From assembly GCA_040285745.1 (NCBI GenBank), contig JAUFOR010000005.1, positions 62,001 to 126,000 on the forward strand: a DNA stretch of 64,000 bases, read 5' to 3'. Under the pieces are notes generated by a model. It was given only the letters and a program-made list of their open reading frames with translations. It made no database searches and was not told the origin of the DNA. Source of the stretch: Barthelona sp. PCE (Eukaryota). Made by a program: the position numbers and the translations under genes. Below are positions 60,017 through 64,000 of this stretch, in pieces (positions within the stretch are counted from its first letter, which is position 1; each line of letters starts with the position of its first letter).

Positions 60017-61138
60017 CTAACATAAATCATCCATATTAAACAGAGGGAGTTCGTGTGTCTCATTGTAAACTGAGAGAGTGTGTTTGATACCAGTATAAGA
60101 TAAAAGAACTAAACTTACTAAGAGCATTACTACAACGATAAAAACTATAATGGATGATCTGTGAGTTTTTTTAACAAAATAATCTACAGCTTTCAGACCT
60201 AAGAATGCGCTGATTGTCATAACAACCATAAATGGAATTGCAATATCCCATTCTACTGCATTAAGAAAAGCAAACTGAATTGTAGTTGCTGAAGCACTAA
60301 AGAACACCATAGTTGCACATGTTGCACTCATGACTCTGGGATGAAGTTCAAATACGGCTGAGAAAAGTACTGCAAGAGCAGAACCACCACCTAAACCACA
60401 TAATGCACTTAATGCACTGAGGAAAAATACAGTAAACAAAATACCAAAAGCTTTGGAAGGAGACATATCAAGATCGGCGACAACCTGTTCTTGTAAATGT
60501 AAATAACCATAATAACAATAGACCAGTGCGATTATAGGCCAAAAAAGAACTTGTAATAACCACCATAAAGAACTACACTTTGGAAATACATTCTTTAGGA
60601 TAGATACGACAATGAGGACCATCCACATTGATACCAATTTTAGGAATAGCTTAGCTGGAATATGAGGTCTACCGTAAATGGTGTTTGTGACGAATATACG
60701 TGCTTTAAGTTGTTCTGTTTCAGCCTTATACCTCTTGACTCCCTTGAAGAACGTTTTGTAGGTTCCCCAAACTAAGAATAGAATGAGAACTAAGTTAATA
60801 AACCAAGAAGGTGAAATTTGATTCAAAATAACTCCAAATGTTGAACCAATTAACATAACTGGCAATGCAAAAAGTGTGAGACCCCAATTGATACACGGTT
60901 GAAGTCTGTCTTCAGGGTGCTTAAGCTTAATATTTGTTAAAAATACACTAAACATTGAACAGGTAATTAGAACAGGTGAAATAACACTAGAAACATCAAG
61001 ACTAAGGTTTAAAACTAAAATCAAAACGCTCAAAAGTATGGGTCCGCCACCAGCACCTGCTGCTGAACTAACAGAAGCGATAGCAAAACACAATGATCCA
61101 ATAGCCCACCATGTAAGTTCTCTATTTAAAAATAGCAT
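60017..61138 (-). CDS. TauE/SafE-family (sulfite exporter-like) membrane protein
   Basis: Duplicated Gly motifs AGAGGGPIL and GLGGGSAL, GSTFGV.LN.ISP.W, HPRVMSAT. The start is 61138 or the upstream ATG at 61324. Confidence 0.85.
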   Translation of the reverse strand: MLFLNRELTWWAIGSLCFAIASVSSAAGAGGGPILLSVLILVLNLSLDVSSVISPVLITCSMFSVFLTNIKLKHPEDRLQPCINWGLTLFALPVMLIGSTFGVILNQISPSWFINLVLILFLVWGTYKTFFKGVKRYKAETEQLKARIFVTNTIYGRPHIPAKLFLKLVSMWMVLIVVSILKNVFPKCSSLWWLLQVLFWPIIALVYCYYGYLHLQEQVVADLDMSPSKAFGILFTVFFLSALSALCGLGGGSALAVLFSAVFELHPRVMSATCATMVFFSASATTIQFAFLNAVEWDIAIPFMVVMTISAFLGLKAVDYFVKKTHRSSIIVFIVVVMLLVSLVLLSYTGIKHTLSVYNETHELPLFNMDDLC

Positions 61139-62185
61139 CTCTTTTAGAAAGTAGAAAGGGATAAAACTGAGATACCAAGATATAACAGTTAAGAAGAACG
61201 TAAGGGTCCTTTGGTATAGCTTGTTTGTGTAGTCTATTGTGCTCAATAGTGAAAACAAAAAATATTCAAAACAGGTCAAAATTTTCAATACCTCAAATTC
61301 ACTGTTTCTATGTTTCTGACACATTCTGTTGGTTTTTTAATTGCCCGTTCCGTATCTTAAAGCGATTTAAATTGGGAAATTCAGAATTTCTTGAGAATCA
61401 AATAGAGAAAGTAAATAGAATCATTTTTCAAACCAACAACGTGAATGACAGGCTAAACGGAGCACGTGCATGTTCTTTATTGTGAAAACATCCTGAGAGA
61501 AAATACTACGATTTTTCATTTAAAAATTTGATTCAATTCATTAAAATAAGGCTCATTCATTTCAGGGAACAATATTTTGCTGAGTATCGTGGGTCTTTAT
61601 TGTTCTACCACTTAAAAATAATGAAGTAATCGGAAAAAAAGAAATAAAAAAGAAAATCAGCAATTTTAATAGATACAGTTTTTTCCTCTCTGATGAAGCT
61701 TTTAAATGCAATTTAAGACGTTAACAAAAATTTGCCTATTTTGCACTGATTCCTATTAGGTTTTTTAGTTGTATTACTACAACTATTAATATTTTGACAC
61801 ATTCATGACCTTTTTTTTTGTAAGTCAATTAATATATTTTATTATTAACTTGTGGATTACTGTACAGTTATATGTTATTAATATGGATAGTAATCCAGTT
61901 TAAAGACTATAACAGAAAAATTCAGAGTATTGTTGTTGAGGTTGTTTAATTAGTTCTAACCAGCAGACATATGGTCTATCGATCATAATTTTGCACTTAG
62001 CAGTACTACAATATGAATATTTAAGAAGTGTCACAAAAAGTAATAATTTACTTTCTACTCTCACCACATTTTTTGACCTTAATATGTTTTTACCAAACTA
62101 GGCTGAAATTAGAACACACCCACATATCCTAGTAGCAGTGAAAAATTAGAAGCTGTTTCTCGTTTTCTTTTCGTTTCAACAATTT

Positions 62186-63415
62186 ATGTCTGCACCAAAT
62201 GCGCCTTGTGTAGTGTTTCATGAGCCCTCTGCTCCCACAGGAGCTGATTCTATTTCCATTGATTATGAAGTTCATAATTATGATGAACAAGTCCACGTAA
62301 GTCCAATTTTTATATTCTTCTCATTCCTAAAGCAGCATATTTGTTCAGGTAGTAAGGATTTTGAGTATTTTTGGAGTTACCTCATTAACTTCATTGTTGC
62401 ACTCTGCCAAGTTGGTACCATATTTCTTGAAGGAGCTGACTGGAAATGGTACAGGTTCTGGACTTTTATTCTAAGTTTAATAGTTGTTTGGCGACATGTA
62501 AGCAGTTATTTTTCACCTTGGTCAGATGATTTAGAATCTTTAAACATACTTCGAATAATTTTTTTTATAATTGAACTCACCTACATCTATTATTGGTTAA
62601 ATTATATTTGGATTTGGATTTCAAACACTTCTTTCACATGGATGGATATGTTCCCTAACCGAGATTATGATTTCTATGAGAAAGGTGTTTATAATTATAA
62701 CATATATTACAGATATACATGGAAATATTCGTTAAGTACATTTGGAATTGGTCAGTCATATTTTTTCGTCTTAGGTATCGGAATATTTCCTTCTATGTTT
62801 ATCTTTTATGGTCTAATACACGGTATGGTTATTCTTAATATTTATTTTTCGTTTGAAACTGCTTTTAAATCTTCTTCAGCCAGTGGAGATTTTTGGTTTT
62901 TTTTTCTTTCAGGATTTTATTATATTGCAAATACCATTTCTTTCTTTGTCTGTTGTTCATTGTATTCGACTGGTTCATACAGTACTGAGGTAGTTTCTGC
63001 ATGGTTACTTAGTATATGTTGGATTCTTCAATTATTTTATGCCGTTTACTACTCACTGAAACGTAATGATTTTCAAAGTGTTGATGCTGAAATTTTCAAA
63101 ATAGGTTTCGTACAAAGTATTATTTGGATGGTACAATCATTTATGGTTATGGTTTATTATTATTCAAAATCATTTGGTTATATTTATTCAACATTGTTTG
63201 GCGACGGATACACGCTTAGGAATTTGAAATATTACTTCGGTCAAAATATTGCACAGTTCTGGTTGGGGTTGATATATATCGTTGTGTTTGTTGCAATTTG
63301 TTCTTTTATTTATTGTATTGTTTATAATGTTAAAAAATGCATGGATTCATACAATGAATTTTCTGCTCAATACCAACAGCAAAACACTTCAAAGAAGAAG
63401 AAAATCATTGGCTGA
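62186..63415 (+). CDS. Hypothetical aromatic-rich multi-pass membrane protein, probably with one short intron
   Basis: 409-codon ORF with about 8 hydrophobic segments and a basic tail. Confidence 0.75.
   Translation: MSAPNAPCVVFHEPSAPTGADSISIDYEVHNYDEQVHVSPIFIFFSFLKQHICSGSKDFEYFWSYLINFIVALCQVGTIFLEGADWKWYRFWTFILSLIVVWRHVSSYFSPWSDDLESLNILRIIFFIIELTYIYYWLNYIWIWISNTSFTWMDMFPNRDYDFYEKGVYNYNIYYRYTWKYSLSTFGIGQSYFFVLGIGIFPSMFIFYGLIHGMVILNIYFSFETAFKSSSASGDFWFFFLSGFYYIANTISFFVCCSLYSTGSYSTEVVSAWLLSICWILQLFYAVYYSLKRNDFQSVDAEIFKIGFVQSIIWMVQSFMVMVYYYSKSFGYIYSTLFGDGYTLRNLKYYFGQNIAQFWLGLIYIVVFVAICSFIYCIVYNVKKCMDSYNEFSAQYQQQNTSKKKKIIG
62297..62335 (+). other. Probable 39-nt in-frame spliceosomal intron
   Basis: GTAAGT...pyrimidine-rich...CCTAAAGCAG; phase 0, length a multiple of 3, no internal stop. 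Confidence 0.65.
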
Positions 63416-64000
63416 TTTAGTGTCAAGATATTGTAAATAGAGATAAATTGTTGAATGTAAGGTGAGCCTGATTATCACAAAGCTTGTTCATTCAACCTAT
63501 CCTGAAGCTGTTTATCTGCTCAGAAATTGACGAGTAGTACAGTTTCTGCCACAGATACAAATATATTTATATAATTGGTAACGAAATAGTAAAGATGCTT
63601 CGTGTTGTAGATTTAAGGGGTAATCTCTTATACATACCCCCGATACAGTGAATAGCACCCATGCAAGAAATACAGATGTTGCAACAGAACGTTGCATTGT
63701 TTTATCGTTTCTAACGTTTTTTGTTCATTATTTGCCACATCTTTTTCTGGCTTTAGGAGCTTTACTATCATGAGTATTGCCTTTTCAACCCTGATTGAAC
63801 AGGAAATCGGAAGTGCTGACTTCTTACAGAATTTATATACAACCAGCCGGCTTTTCTCCCAAATGGACTCCTCAACATCACAGTTTCAAGGGGAGAGCGT
63901 CAAAGGGACAGTTTTTGAGGGTATTTCCTTGGGAATCTTGCAACAATTTTGCAATAAGTTATTTGAGTGTATTTTATACGGGTTATCTGATCTGAATACT

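Noticed and set aside
1-64000. Prokaryotic systems (CRISPR array, operons, prophage)
   Set aside because: Gene content is eukaryotic and no regularly spaced direct repeats or phage genes were seen.

Overview
Gene-dense, AT-rich, almost intron-free DNA from a unicellular eukaryote. It carries histone H4, calcineurin A, VPS9, RAB5IF, Aha1-N and a Tim17-like protein. An anaerobic protist such as a metamonad is plausible but cannot be proven from this window. The left ~26 kb looks accessory: four copies of an unassigned 600-750 aa family (a possible fifth is at 50.1 kb), a giant EGF/REJ/GPS surface protein, a ~4.3 kb hAT-type DNA transposon with degenerate terminal inverted repeats, and three adjacent disrupted genes. 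The right part is mostly housekeeping genes. The most striking gene is 37459..47151 (3230 aa): a long ankyrin array and a beta-propeller-like region are fused to an MLKL-like helical bundle, a brace and a pseudokinase (HRN for HRD, DFN for DFG), a candidate one-chain sensor/cell-death executioner. Also notable are a strongly divergent H4 followed by a histone-type 3' stem-loop, and one probable 39-nt spliceosomal intron. All family assignments come from motif recognition by eye; no database searches were run.
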